A stretch of DNA of 64,000 bases from Eukaryota sp. TZLM1-RC (lineage: Eukaryota > Protista > Metamonada: BaSk clade): NCBI GenBank assembly GCA_040285825.1, contig JAUPSS010000005.1, positions 434,001-498,000 of the forward strand, read 5' to 3'. Under the pieces are notes generated by a model that had not been told where the DNA came from, did not search any database, and saw only the letters and a program-made list of their open reading frames with translations. Positions 11,978 through 24,400 of this stretch are shown piece after piece (position 1 is the first letter of the stretch; each line of letters opens with the position of its first letter). A program made the translations under genes and the position numbers.

Positions 11978-13616
11978 TTACAATGATATCATTATATCAT
12001 CATATGGTGATTCTTGTGTTATACTGAACGATGTACTAGTACTTTTGGATACCAGCAATGACAAAAACATACGACTTACACCTAGCTTATCACAACGGTC
12101 CTTTAATGTGTTTTCTGCCCATTGCTTAAACGAAATGCTCTGCTCGGGAAGACTCTCTAAAGTGCTCACAATAGACATTCCTCTTGTGTGTACTTCTTCA
12201 TCATTACCTTGAATTTCCTCATCAATATCAAGTGCAACAACTGGTGGTGCCATTTCGAAGAGTTCTTGTGGTTGTTCCTGGAAACCATCTATTTGGTTAT
12301 TAAATGTGTCAAGACTATCCATCTCAATAGGATCAAGTTGTTCTTCAACTCTACTTGCATCTTCCCCCACATCATTAAATCTCTCTTCTTCATGTTGCTC
12401 TTCCCCTCTATGTGATTCTTGTTCTACGGGATATATTGGCTCCTTTCCACGTTTCAATAGCACTTCATTCAAATCAATATTGACCAACACTTCTCCATAG
12501 TTTTTAACCCCCATCAACGAAAAAGGTGACGGTTGATTTCTGACGTTAGTTGCCCTTCTCCAGAAAGCAGCCAGCTTCGGATTCAGTATGTAACTAGGCC
12601 CAAAACATTGATTATCAAGATCATCAAGGTCAATTTCTACTTCTTCTTTCCTTCTCAAAGTGGTACTGGGTGGGTTTTGAACCCATGACTGGACAGTTGC
12701 TTGTGTCAATACGATGGCTGAGTTGCGTCTTGTTGACCCTCTTGGTTGTTCTACTTGTTCCTCTTCTTCTTGTGCTGGTTGGTGTTGTTGATGTACAACA
12801 CGCTGATCCATATTTTCCTGTTGTGGTTGGTTTTGTTCCGACATCCCATTAATCGCCACGTCAGCATTGTCCATTGCCGCGTAATCAATGTTGGGTGGTG
12901 CCAGGTCATCAATACTGAGCCCAAAACCAGGCGACGAAATGTTTAAATCATTTGGCATTAAATCACCAATGTCAAAAGTCTGAATAGGTTGTTCCATTAA
13001 TGGTGAATCTAATCGAACTCTCTTTGGGGCAGGGGTGGTTGATCTAGATCTGGCTTCAGTATCAAACATTGGACGATTAGGAGTTCGGGATGGTGTTGCT
13101 CTTCTGACACGTTCAATATCATCAATTGTACCAATGCCCGAATCATCCAACCCAAATAGATTGAGTCCACCTATACCAGATGAGAGGACATTAGGATCAA
13201 TATCTAAACCAGGAATTGAAGAGGAATCAATATCAGCTACAGGGGGAAGTAGGGTGTTGTCCTTGACAGGAGGGTGTGCAGTGTTATTGCTATTTTTGGG
13301 CTTTTTGGAAGTTTTAACCATTTTCTGTTTGAGAAGAGCCTCAGCATGCTCAATGTCCGCTAATAAATAGTCAGATTTTTTTTGGTATATCCTACAGACA
13401 CCAAGAAGCAGTTGTGCACTCATACGAAGACCTATGTCGTGTGTGCGAATTTCGACTAAAGTAAGTACACCTGAAACTAAACAAACCAGCAATCGCTTGG
13501 AGATCGGAGCTGTTGATTTGGTGTTTAGAGAGTTTTCGTATAACATGAGCTGCCTTCCAGGCATGCAAAAGAAGAGTTTGCTTTTTCCGGGACAGAAGCT
13601 GATTTGCAAAGAACAT
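11978..13616 (-). CDS. RAD21: Rad21/Rec8 family cohesin kleisin; 2 exons, intron 13456-13486
   Basis: Exon 1 MFFANQLLSRKKQTLLLHAWKAAH... is spliced through a 31-nt GTTTGT...TTTAG intron to VEIRTHDIGLRMSAQLLLGVCRIYQKK. The C-terminus is SRMFLSLLV...QESPYDDI. Rad21 versus Rec8 is not resolved. Confidence 0.88.
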
Positions 13617-13794
13617 AAGAGAATGTAGTGATCAAATGCTTTGAAGTGCCGATTCGTAAAACAGGAGTTTGCGTACTAGATCCGATCTGTATCAAGAAAG
13701 TGTAGATCAGATGATAAGTTTGCAGAACCGCACAAATTGAATTTGCATATTCTTGGGTTGATATTTTGGATAAAGATTTCTACCTTTTTTAACT

Positions 13795-15003
13795 GAAATA
13801 TTTATTGAGATAAGAAAAATCTATCTAGAATTCAATATCCTCCAAACAAGCTTCACTATTACTAAACCTACTCACAGCATTACGTTCATATTCTACACCA
13901 ATAGCTAAAAGTGCCTTTGAAATCATTGTTGGAATAGACTTGAAAATGCAAAAAACAATTCTATTTAACCAGAAAGTGGAATTCATTGTTTTACTAGACC
14001 TAATTAGTAACACTTTTTGGAAATTTTCAAAAAAGTGCAACCCTGAGTGTCCAATATTACCAAAAAGAGAAATTGCAAACAGCAAAAACTGATATTTAAC
14101 ATGTTCCACTCTACCTAACTGTGCCAAAGGTTCTTCATATTATTTTATCTTCTTTGTTTCGGTGTTAGATAACGGCGAATCAGCGAAATACACTAAACAA
14201 GCAGCAGAATTTTTGCAAACATCAACTGCGACAACATCTTCAACATTGAGAACACCATCGATCCCTGGAGCTACTAAATCTGCCCTTCTTTTACCAAAGG
14301 AATCATCAGTTTGATCTGAAGACAGCTTACGTACTAATGGCTCAATAAATGCCTCTATAATGAAACTTTTGCACATGGCATATAATTGATCACGAACTGA
14401 GTCATGAACAATTGAGCGATAAGTTATGAAATACTTACAGTTTAAAATATGGGAAAGCGTAACAACACTTTTGCAGCGACAAACTAAATCATTTGGTAAA
14501 GAACAAGGCCATAGAAAACATCTCAGTCTTATTGCAGTGGTCCATTGGTGATCATTAAGTAGAAGGCCATAAATGTTGGGAATCTGGGAGATTAGGCAAC
14601 TTGAGCAACTGTCTTTAAGATCAATCAAAAAGTTTGCAAAAACGGGATTTTTTTCTTTAGCCAAGCTAAGACGTACAATATAATCCAAGTTTTCTAAAAC
14701 TTTCAAGATTTTTTTCTGCAATTTTGCAAAAGTCAGTGGTAAGGAGAGCAAGCTTCTTGGAGGAAGTTCCACAATATCAGAGGGGAAACATTTAGACCAA
14801 ATATTGGGTGAAAGAGTTTCAATTCCTGTTGCAAAGAAATAAGATAAGAGCTGCCACAATTTTCAATGAGATCAATTTTTTCAGGAAAACGATTCACAAA
14901 TCCATAAATAAAATTTTTACCACCTCCAATAAAGGCAGCTTTACAAAGGTAGCTTGATTTATGAAAATCAACACTTCCAATTCCTCCAATCAACACCTCC
15001 AAT
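13795..15003 (-). mobile_element. 5'-truncated CRE-like family E copy (frameshifted)
   Basis: GGIG, CRCK..HILNC, VHDSVRD, EPL, RRADL, WLNRIVF; ends CLEDIEF*. Confidence 0.85.
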
Positions 15004-15433
15004 TTCTACTTGTTCTTAATATTTTGAGAATTTGGAGGGCAATAAGAACTTCAGAATTACCTATCCTTTCATTTTAGACAAGAGAAAGGTCAACAGTATT
15101 TATGTAAACAACACAACAATTGTAGTATTATCGATATTTCATATCAGTATCTGTAAACACCATAGCTGAGTGTTTAAATTTGATGCACAACATCATATCA
15201 ACAAATTTTGATATGATCAATACAAAATACGATGTACAATTCATTGATCAAACTGTTGATAGCAGCAAATGAAGAGATATGTCCTAAAGATATCTATAGA
15301 AAACAATTGTCACAATTGAACCTTTGTCATTTATTTTAAAGGATAAGCGGTAATAATAGACAAGGAAAATATCTAATCGAACAAGGAAAACAAAAGACAC
15401 ACGGAAGCGTCACAGCATACACATCAAAGAAAA

Positions 15434-15759
15434 CTATTGAGAAGTGGGCTTGGGGGTACCAGTGCGGAATCCATTCTTGGCTCTTCTGTCAACAAGCTTG
15501 AGGTGACGACAACGGCCAGTTCCAGTAGTGCGTCTTCTGAGAGCCTTGTAGTTGTAATTGTCTATGTTTAGAAAAAGAAACAAACAAACACTTGCGGAGC
15601 TTAGCATCAGGGTATCCACAAGAAGCACATCGGCTCTTCTGGCAGTGATAGCTGCGCTTACCACATCGAAGACAGGTGGTATGTGATTTACCGTTACGCT
15701 TACCGAAGCTGGATGTACCTTTACCCTGAGGTAATGGAGATGTATATTGAACATACCAT
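15434..15759 (-). CDS. RPL37: 60S ribosomal protein L37 (eL37); 3 exons, introns 15726-15756 and 15562-15589
   Basis: Spliced product: [68 protein letters not shown]. The first exon's coding part is the ATG only. Confidence 0.96.
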
Positions 15760-16095
15760 TTGAACTGGTTGAAAAGAGAAAGATTTTTCCCTTCTTCAAA
15801 ATAGCCTTGATTTATCTTTATTTACATTCTTCTCATCCCCATTCCAAATCGTATTCAACAAATTAGGAGTCATAAACCGCCGAAATTAATTTTTTGAAAA
15901 CGAAAACAAGTAAATCAGTAATAGAGGCAGTTACGATGTCCTTCTATGAAAACTTGAAAATGTTGAATTAACAGTCAATTAGAATTCTGGCAAACTTTGA
16001 TTAAAAATGAAGAGCTCTGTGTTGAAGGGGAACATTGGTTATGAATTCAAATGAGATAAAGTATATCTTAATCTTCTTTTTTTTCTCATCACATC
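15760..16095. promoter_or_regulatory. Probable bidirectional promoter between RPL37 and RPL5
   Basis: 336 bp between divergent ATGs, with pyrimidine tracts before both starts and no TE similarity seen. Confidence 0.55.
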
Positions 16096-16999
16096 ATGGC
16101 CTGGATCAAGTCAACCAAAACTCGTGCTTACTTCTCTCGTTTCCAAGTCAAGTTCCGCAGACGTCGTGAATGTAAGACTGATTATGGTGCTCGCATCCGC
16201 ATGATCCGCCAAGATGCCCGTAAATATGGAGCTGCCAAGGTACTGCTATTTGATTTGCTTATTTTAGTACCGATTCGTCGTTCGCTTCACTAACACTGAC
16301 GTTGTGTGCCAAATTGTTCGTGCCAAGCTTGTTGGCGATGAAACAATCTGCTCTGCTTATTCACATGAATTGAAACACTACGGTCTCCCTGTTCAATCCA
16401 AGAATTATGCTGCTGCTTACGCCACTGGTCTCTTGCTTGCAAGACGCCTACTCAAGCAGCTCGGTCTTGATACTATTCACAGTGGTGTCGAAAATACTGA
16501 TGGATCCGAATATCACATTGAACACGAAGACAATGAACGTCGTCCCTTCAAGGCCATCCTTGATGTCGGTATCCGCAGAACTACCACGGGTGCTCGTCTC
16601 TTCGGTGCTCTCAAAGGTGCTGTTGATGGTGGTCTACACATTCCCCATTCTATCAAGAGATTCCCAGGTTATGATCCCGAGACAAAGGATTATGACGCCG
16701 ATGTCCACCGCAGATATATCTTTGGTGAACACGTCTCAACATACATGAGTGAATTACAAGAAGAAGACCCAGACAAGTACAAGAGACATTTCTCCAAGTA
16801 CATTGAAGCCAATCTTGGTGCCGATGATATTGCTCCAATGTTTGAAAAGGTCCACGCTGCCATCAGAGCTGATCCCTCTCCCAAGAAGAGCCAAAAAGAC
16901 GTGTCAAAATACAAGAAATTGGGTCAAAAAGACAAAAAGATAACACTTGAAGAACGTAAGGCTCGTGTTGCAGCTAAACTTGCCAGTATGCAACAGTAA
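16096..16999 (+). CDS. RPL5: 60S ribosomal protein L5 (uL18); intron 16240-16267
   Basis: [20 protein letters not shown]...AAK|[37 protein letters not shown] 28-nt GT-AG intron joins the two ORFs. Confidence 0.97.
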
Positions 17000-17329
17000 A
17001 TGTTGTATTGCTCTTTCAGTAAACTCATTTAATCGTTTTTAATAATAACTCAATAGCATTAGACAATACGTTATTATATTTGTATAAGACTTAACACACT
17101 TCTAGAATCTTTATCGATATTTTTGCATTGCAGTTAACTTATTTCAAATTTATTGCCACTTTCAACCATAGTCTTTATTTATACAACTGCTGAATTTTAC
17201 TTATTACGACAAACAATTCGTCTTACATATACTTGTACATCCACTATGGCTATTAACAAGCAAATGCTAGCAATAGGGGAGTGTTTGTAACCAGATTTAT
17301 TACCTTCTTTAGATTAAGAGAAGCTTATT

Positions 17330-17780
17330 AAATTGTTCCTGGTTAAAATTTGTCATACTGGGAGATCAATTTACAGGAGATCTTGTGCTCTTTTCATTTC
17401 ACTAGATTTTGGTCGCTCCTTGAATTCGTTGAGGACTGATTTCTGTACTGATCTATTGGATGTAGGTTAGGAATGGACAACATTCATTTTCTTAAGCAAA
17501 AATTGAATGTGTTGGTTTTACAAGGTAATATATTTTGTGCCAATCAGTTTTTGGGCAAACAATTTAACTTATGAATTTTATGGTTGATTTCCTGAAGATT
17601 TTAATTGTTTGCCCAGCACCAGTGTATATTTGAATAAGTTATTTTCTGAACTGGAAAATACCCACCACAAATCTGGACCAAGCGTTTCCTTCAATTACGA
17701 AATTCCGGACCGATTTCTTTTAAAAGAAATCCAAACAATTAGAAGAACCAGAAAGGGTCACCAAGTTGGAAGGGATGGGT
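17330..17780 (+). mobile_element. Highly degraded CRE-like family B remnant
   Basis: Patchy similarity to 58745-59160. Ends ...GYLDVDL*. Confidence 0.55.
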
Positions 17781-18322
17781 TATTTAGATGTTGATCTATA
17801 AGTAAGAGGAAATTTGAAATATTCAACTCCATAAAAGTCATATGTATAATACAGGAAAGTGGGAAGGTAGTATAGTCAAGTTAGTCAGTTGTATCAGCAA
17901 TAACCTCTTCAATTTTTTTGCGATATTTTCAGAACATCCCTTTTGTTTTGACTTCGAGTGTAATTGTTCTGTATTAGATTTTCATTTTCAGCATTCTTCT
18001 GAACACACTCATCAATGGTTTTAGAGGCACCAATCCAATAAAGTTAGTAACAATGATGAGAACCAAATAGAGTTAAGGCAGATGAACACCTTGTTGTAAG
18101 ATGTTTGAATAACAAGGTGAAACCGCGGATGAATAATTTCCACATTCGAATCATATATCTCATCATTAATGGTTCCATGATTACAATTACATTAATGCAT
18201 GATATGTGCCACTATTTTGCTTTTCAAGCAGTAACAATGCAAAATTTCAATTAGAGCAAGAATTTTATTAATTGGTTATCAGATGTAGATTTAAACTTGC
18301 AATTTGTGTTCAAACTTATGAT

Positions 18323-20099
18323 CGAATGGTGTAAAGCAAGGAGATCCGTTAGGACCTCTTTTGTTTTGTTTGGTCATTCATATTATTTTATTACAAATTC
18401 AAGAGATGTTACCTTCGCTGAAAATGATTGCCTATATGGATGATGTTGTTCTTATAGGTGACTTAAATGTTGTGAAAAAAGCAACAGTATGTTTTAAAGA
18501 ATTATTTACCAAAATTGGCCTCCGACTTAATTTACTTAAATGTGTTTTGTTATCGAATTCTCCAGGTGATGCAATTGCTGATGGTATTGAAATTCAAGCC
18601 AACTTATATTATCAATTGATGCTATTCGTCATTTGGGTTCGTTTTTAGGAAATAATGATGAAATTACCAAAGAATTGTTTGAAAAATTGAACTCAATTTC
18701 CAAACAAGTTGACCGAATGATGACTTTAGATATACAGAAACATATCAAATTTACCATTATAAGACTGTGTTTTAGTTCCAACTTTAATCATATATTTCGA
18801 TCTACAAATCCTCTCATCATTAGGCCTTTGGCTCAGAAGTTTAATGAATTACGTGCAAAAGTTCTGTCACAATTACTGGGATGTAAAATGTTCCAAATTC
18901 CAGATCATGCCTATCTTAGTGCACATTATGGCGGTTTAGGTTGGACGAAGGCTTCTATTCTTACTTCGTGTGCTTTTATTGGTGGATGCAGAAATGCAGT
19001 CTTTGAATTTTCTGAAAGACTTGCCGATTGGAAAGATTTAATAATGACAACGCAAAGCTGTTTTTGCATTAAATGAAGAAATTTCAAAAACTGATGTAGA
19101 AAAATGGAGTCAATGCTTTTCCCAATCATTCAATGGCAATATTCCAGTAAAGAATCTTTTAAATTTAAAATACAATCTTCGAACATTACAGAAACGATTG
19201 ACTGGAATGTATGAAAATGATCTTTATGATAATATATGCAGCTCGGCTGTTTTAAATCAAGATCTTCACTCATTGTTATTGGAAAAGGGTGTTTGTGAAA
19301 ACAAGTCATCAAATTCTTCACTTTTTGTAACCATTGTATCACCAAGATTTGGATTGTGTGCCACTAAAGAAGCATTTGTAACAAAAATGAGATTATATTT
19401 GAATATCCCCATTAATCAATTATTATCAAAAGAAAAATGTATTTCTTCGAATTCACCTCAACTCACTTTGCGCCATGCTCTGAATTGCTCTAAATTGATA
19501 ACTTATCGTTCTTCATTACATGATGCTGTTAGAGACACTGTTTTCAATATGGCACAAACTGCAAGAATATCGTGTATCAAAGAGCCCCTGTTGAAGGAAA
19601 CACATTCTCTGAATAATTTTGGTTCTGATGAAAGAGGTAATGTATACTGTGATTGGATTGATAATTCTGAAGCTATTGTTGACTTTGTCTCATGTAATGT
19701 TGCAAATGATACTTTGGTTCACAGAAGAAAACTTAATCCTGTGACTGCTCTTGATTTTAAAGCAAACGAAAAACATAGAAAATATGATAAAGATATTGAA
19801 GAGGCTAATGCTGATAGAAACACACAGCTGGTTTTTATTGCTTTCCCATTTTCGATAAATGGAAGATCATCAGATGAAGCAGAAACTGTTTTGAATAAAA
19901 GATTTGATATTTTTTTATGGCGTTCACGGATTCAATTTGACATTATTAATAGGTTACCACGGTTTTTCAATCGAATAAGAGAAGTTTTAAGTAGACAGCA
20001 AACAGATCAAGATTTTGTAGAGGAAATCTTGGTTCAATGATAGTCGTCCCATTAGTTATGAGTTAATTTAATTAAGTGTGCAAATTCAATAAATAAATT
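18323..20099 (+). mobile_element. 5'-truncated CRE-like family A copy
   Basis: GVKQGDPLGP, YMDD, CCHC, RGN; ends EILVQ*. TSD AACTTATGAT at 18313-18322 and 20100-20109. Confidence 0.92.
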
Positions 20100-20441
20100 A
20101 ACTTATGATATTTAAATCAATTCCAGATCTGAGCACTCCCAGACCACAAAGGAGAAAATTAGGGCTATGTGATAAACAATTCTGCAACAGTTTGGTTTCT
20201 GTTGAAACTTCAATTGAACCCAAAATATTTTGTTTTCTCTCTCACTTCCAAGATCAAGGTTAACCTCAGTCAAGTGTAGTATCTGACGTAGAATTGTTTT
20301 ACTCTCGATTTCAATTAAAATATTATTAAATGATTTCTATTGGATAAAGTACAAATGTTGAAATACAAAAGAATTTCAAAATTAGAAAAGAAAATTAGAA
20401 AAGTTGAGTTGAACAATGGAAATAGAATCCTATAAAAACAA

Positions 20442-21340
20442 TTGTGTAAAGGGCTTGCACTAAGGACTCATGGTGTAAGTTGCCTCATAAGAAAAGATAA
20501 AGCTGGGAAGGGTCGCCTTAAAAAGCCAGAACAAGATGAAAGAGATCCATACTTGACTGATCTTCCACGAGATGAGCTGATAAATATTACCTTCACAGTA
20601 ATTGACCAAGGTATTAGGGACCAATTGATGTCTGGGAAACGAAAATTAAATTGCCCAAATCCCAACATGTTAACTGACCCACACTCAACCCCAACAGATT
20701 CAAGATTAGAATGGCGTGATGAACGAAACAAAGGAAGAAATAGAGGTTTCATTAACAATATGAAAAAAAAACAAAATAAACAAAACAAAAGATGCTAGAC
20801 TTCGGGCCAAAACTAAAGGAATATACTTTCAAGAGGTTTACTCCTCAAAGAAGAAGAGAAACTCTGAACAAAGATCATCAAAAATTCTATAAGGATGGTG
20901 AAGAATCATGGATTTATAAAAACAAAACTGTAAAGGAGCAGGAAGAAGAAGTAAAACAATTTTCAAAAAAAACTCTAGATCATGGAGAATTCCTATTATC
21001 AAACCAATTTTACACATAAAACACCTACAAAGATTGTTGGTTATCGAAAGATGTTTAAAAAACGTAACTTCCGTCTATTACTGTGCATGAATATAGAACA
21101 AATTGTCAATATCATGCATGTGTAGTCGAGGGAAAAGAAGGCGAAAATGTAAAGAAACATTGAGTACCTAACCCAAGACCTTACAGGAGAGCAAAGACTC
21201 CAACGGTCCTGAGACATTGATTACTCACTTGCAAGAAGTGTGGATATCTATGGAATCGTAATGTCAATGCTGTTCTTGATATGATTCATGTTGTGGATCA
21301 GTATCTTAAAGGAAATGAAAGACCTCAAGTTTTGAAATGA
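20442..21340 (+). pseudogene. Fanzor (eukaryotic TnpB-family RNA-guided nuclease) pseudogene with internal deletion
   Basis: Ordered motifs across frames: RTHGVSCLIRKD (TDGVS-like), FTVIDQGIRDQL (RuvC-I), RFTPQRRRETLNK, HKTPTKIVGYRKMFKK, VHEYRTNCQYHAC (RuvC-II), PNPRPYR, RH*LLTCKKCGYLWNRNVNA (Zn finger + RuvC-III), RPQVLK. Confidence 0.85.
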
Positions 21341-21419
21341 TCAACTTGATTCATTTCATCTTCATATTCCAGTAATCTCAACAGGTTACTACTATTTGAC
21401 ATTTTTGTGCTGCTAGCTG

Positions 21420-24400
21420 ATGTCCAGAACTCATCAACAACAAGCAGCCCAGTACAAAAACTATGCTCTCCACAACGTCAAAGATGCCACTTTTCTTGAT
21501 ACAATAGGCACTTCCTCTTCTAATGTCTGTCAAACCATTAAATGCTCCCTCCAAGACTCTTTGGTTGTAATTAAAATTCGTTTCTACAAAGCCGAAGACT
21601 TTGACCATGTCAAACGCCATCAAGAATACCTCGAATCTCTCAAATCTGTCTTCCGCAACTCTCCTTCTCCAAGATCACCCAACCTCCTCACCATTAGTGA
21701 CATCATTGTTCAACCCCCTGAACAACTAACTAATCGCACACAGTCAAGGTTATACCGGCTTTACCTGGTTCGTCCTTATGTATCAACCACTTTACTTTCT
21801 GTTCTCAAGACTCCTTTTGCAGTTACCTTTACTGAGAGATGCTGGATTGCCTTTCAGTTGACGTCATGTTTAGCTCACATTCACTCTTTTTCTTCGCCTA
21901 AAGGTCAAAAATATGTGCATGGTCACGTGAGACCTGAAAATGTCATGCTGACGTCATCATATTGGGCTTTGTTAACTGATGCAGGAGCCAAGCCATCAAA
22001 TTTGATTGATTCTGACCTTCATTATCATCGGTTCTTTGACACTGGTCCAGGTGTCTACGTAGCCCCAGAACGATTCCAATCACAATCAAATCATTCAAAT
22101 AATGATGTTTCCAATAATAGTAACAGTCAACAATATTCTTCCAATTCTGATGTTTTTTCTTTGGGGTTATTGTTGATCGACATTTTTACCATTAGTTCTT
22201 CTTCACCGTATACCCCTCTGTTTACACTTCGTGAACTCAAGGGGTACTCTACTTGTCAAGAAGAGATCAAGACACGTGCTGCTGAAAAATTGGGAAAAAT
22301 TGAAGGTTTAAGTAAGTTTCTAACTGATTTGATTGTTGATTGCTTTGATTATGACCCTCTCAAACGACCTGATGCAAGAACTTTGTCAAATGCTATTGGC
22401 TCTGTATTTCCTTTTTTCCCTACTTATTACTCACTCCTATCTGAAAACGTGTGCGAGAAGAACATGAAGACTAGTGATTTCGCCAAAACTTTAATTGATG
22501 CGGTTAATTCTAATAATTGGAATGGAAATAACAGTTATGTTTTGTTATTGATACTGAACATCTTACCATTAGTTTCTCATAATAGCAATACAATTGATTT
22601 CAAATTAAAAAATTCATTGTACAAAGTTTTAATCGAATTAATATCCAAATCAATTCTACCTTTCGAATTCCTGTCCTGCCGTGTTTTATCAGAATTAATT
22701 AATAACTTAAAGACCGAATTTTCATCTATTCCTGGAACGGAAAATAACTCGACCTGTTTGAAATCCACAATTTCAGAGGCTATTTCAGTTTTAATTAAAA
22801 AAATTATTATTTTAAAAGATTTAGATGTAAATATGTTGTTTTCCATTGTTTGTCGCTTCGTGATTCCTATGTTTTGTTCATTGACTTGTAGATCCACGTC
22901 TACGAGTTCAGCTAACATTTCCCTCCAGTCAGAGTCAATCATTTTTGTAATCAGTTGTCTTGTGGACGTGATTGACTGTTTGATGGAGGTCGGGGAATCA
23001 AAATCAGTCACAAATGACTGTTTGACTGAGGTTGACTATGCAAGAACTGTTGTTTTTGACATGTTAAAGAAATATTTGAATTTAGCCGAAGTAGAAATCA
23101 ATCAGTCATTTGATTTTGTCCTTCAATCAATTTTGATTGAACGATCATTATCCACATTTTCTAAGTTTTTCTTCACTTTTGGGCTAGACTCATCAAATTT
23201 TGACCCTTGCGAGTACCTCAACCTTTTTGTCTCAAATGCAATGAATTTTTCAAAATCTGATCTCCTCTCGTCACAAACTCGAGCTCTTTTCGTGTCATCA
23301 GTTGTCATTTGTTTTGAGCAAGTGTTGAGCAAAATTAATGAAGTTTATGATGTTTATGAATTGATTTTCTCTACTTTGGGAGTCTTTATTCACGATTTCG
23401 AGACATCTGTTTCTTTGGAAGCTTGTGTCGCGCTGAATAAAACTCTTTCCTTAATCAGTAATCAACCAGATCAATCACTGACTGCCATGGTCACCAGTTT
23501 CAGTCAAAAACAGATTTTACCATTATTACATCACCCCAACCCACTTATAAGACGAAATTGTGTGGATTTTATAACTAAAATTTATCAAAAAATTGGAACA
23601 GTTGAGTCTTTTTGTTTTCTTTTGCCCTCCTTACAAGAATTCGTAGATTTTCCTTTAATTTCTCTAACAAAGACCATTCTCAATTCAATATCAATGGAGA
23701 ATTGTCTTTCTATTTCCCTTTATAATGCTGCTTTGGAGGTGTTGGAATCTGGTACGGTACCAAAGTCAGTCAAGGATGGTAATGACGTTTCCTTTTTTAT
23801 CAATAATATTGATGTTTTTTCGGAGGCTTTGATCGACCATAAAATTTCTCCAACTACATTTACTAAAAAGACAATAGATTTGCACAAGCGGAGTGCAAAT
23901 TTAATGGCAATTTTGACCTCCCATCTTCTGGAACACGTTGCTTCTAAAAATAGAATCAATCAGATCAGATCATCACAGTCTAACCCATCAGTTAAACAAT
24001 CAACTAATCTTTCAACACTCACTTATTCCAAAATCGACTCAAAAGTTACACCAAAGACTTTACCATCAAGTCCTTTTGATTCTATTCCAGCTCTCTTAGA
24101 TTTAACTCCTAGTGTCTTGGGAACTTCTACTGGCATTTCCATTGGAGTGAAATCAAAACCTGTAGTTGTAGAAGATTCGTTGGAATTGGTGATTGGATTG
24201 ATGGAACATGATAAAGTTTTGGGAGTCTATGGTCCCAAAGAGGATTATTTGATTTCTTGCTTGTCGAGTGGTACGAAAATTTGGAGGTTTAGTGAAGATT
24301 TTAAGTCAAATGTTCCTTCTAAACCCGAATCTTTTTTCTTTAAACATGATGAATCAAAATTTCAAAGTAGTTATTTGCTGAGCTCTTCTCCTGTCAAGTT

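Noticed and set aside
13487-13609. N-terminus MQISFCPG... of the 543-aa ORF
   Set aside because: Wrong frame; the true exon 1 starts at ATG 13616.
15434-15799. 121-aa ORF as annotated in the track
   Set aside because: It reads through introns; only the last exon is in the RPL37 frame.
21160-21340. TGA recoding suggested by in-frame TGAs in Fanzor relic 1 and at 28376
   Set aside because: VPS15 and the LanC-like gene end in TGA, and intact genes use TGG for Trp. These are pseudogene mutations.
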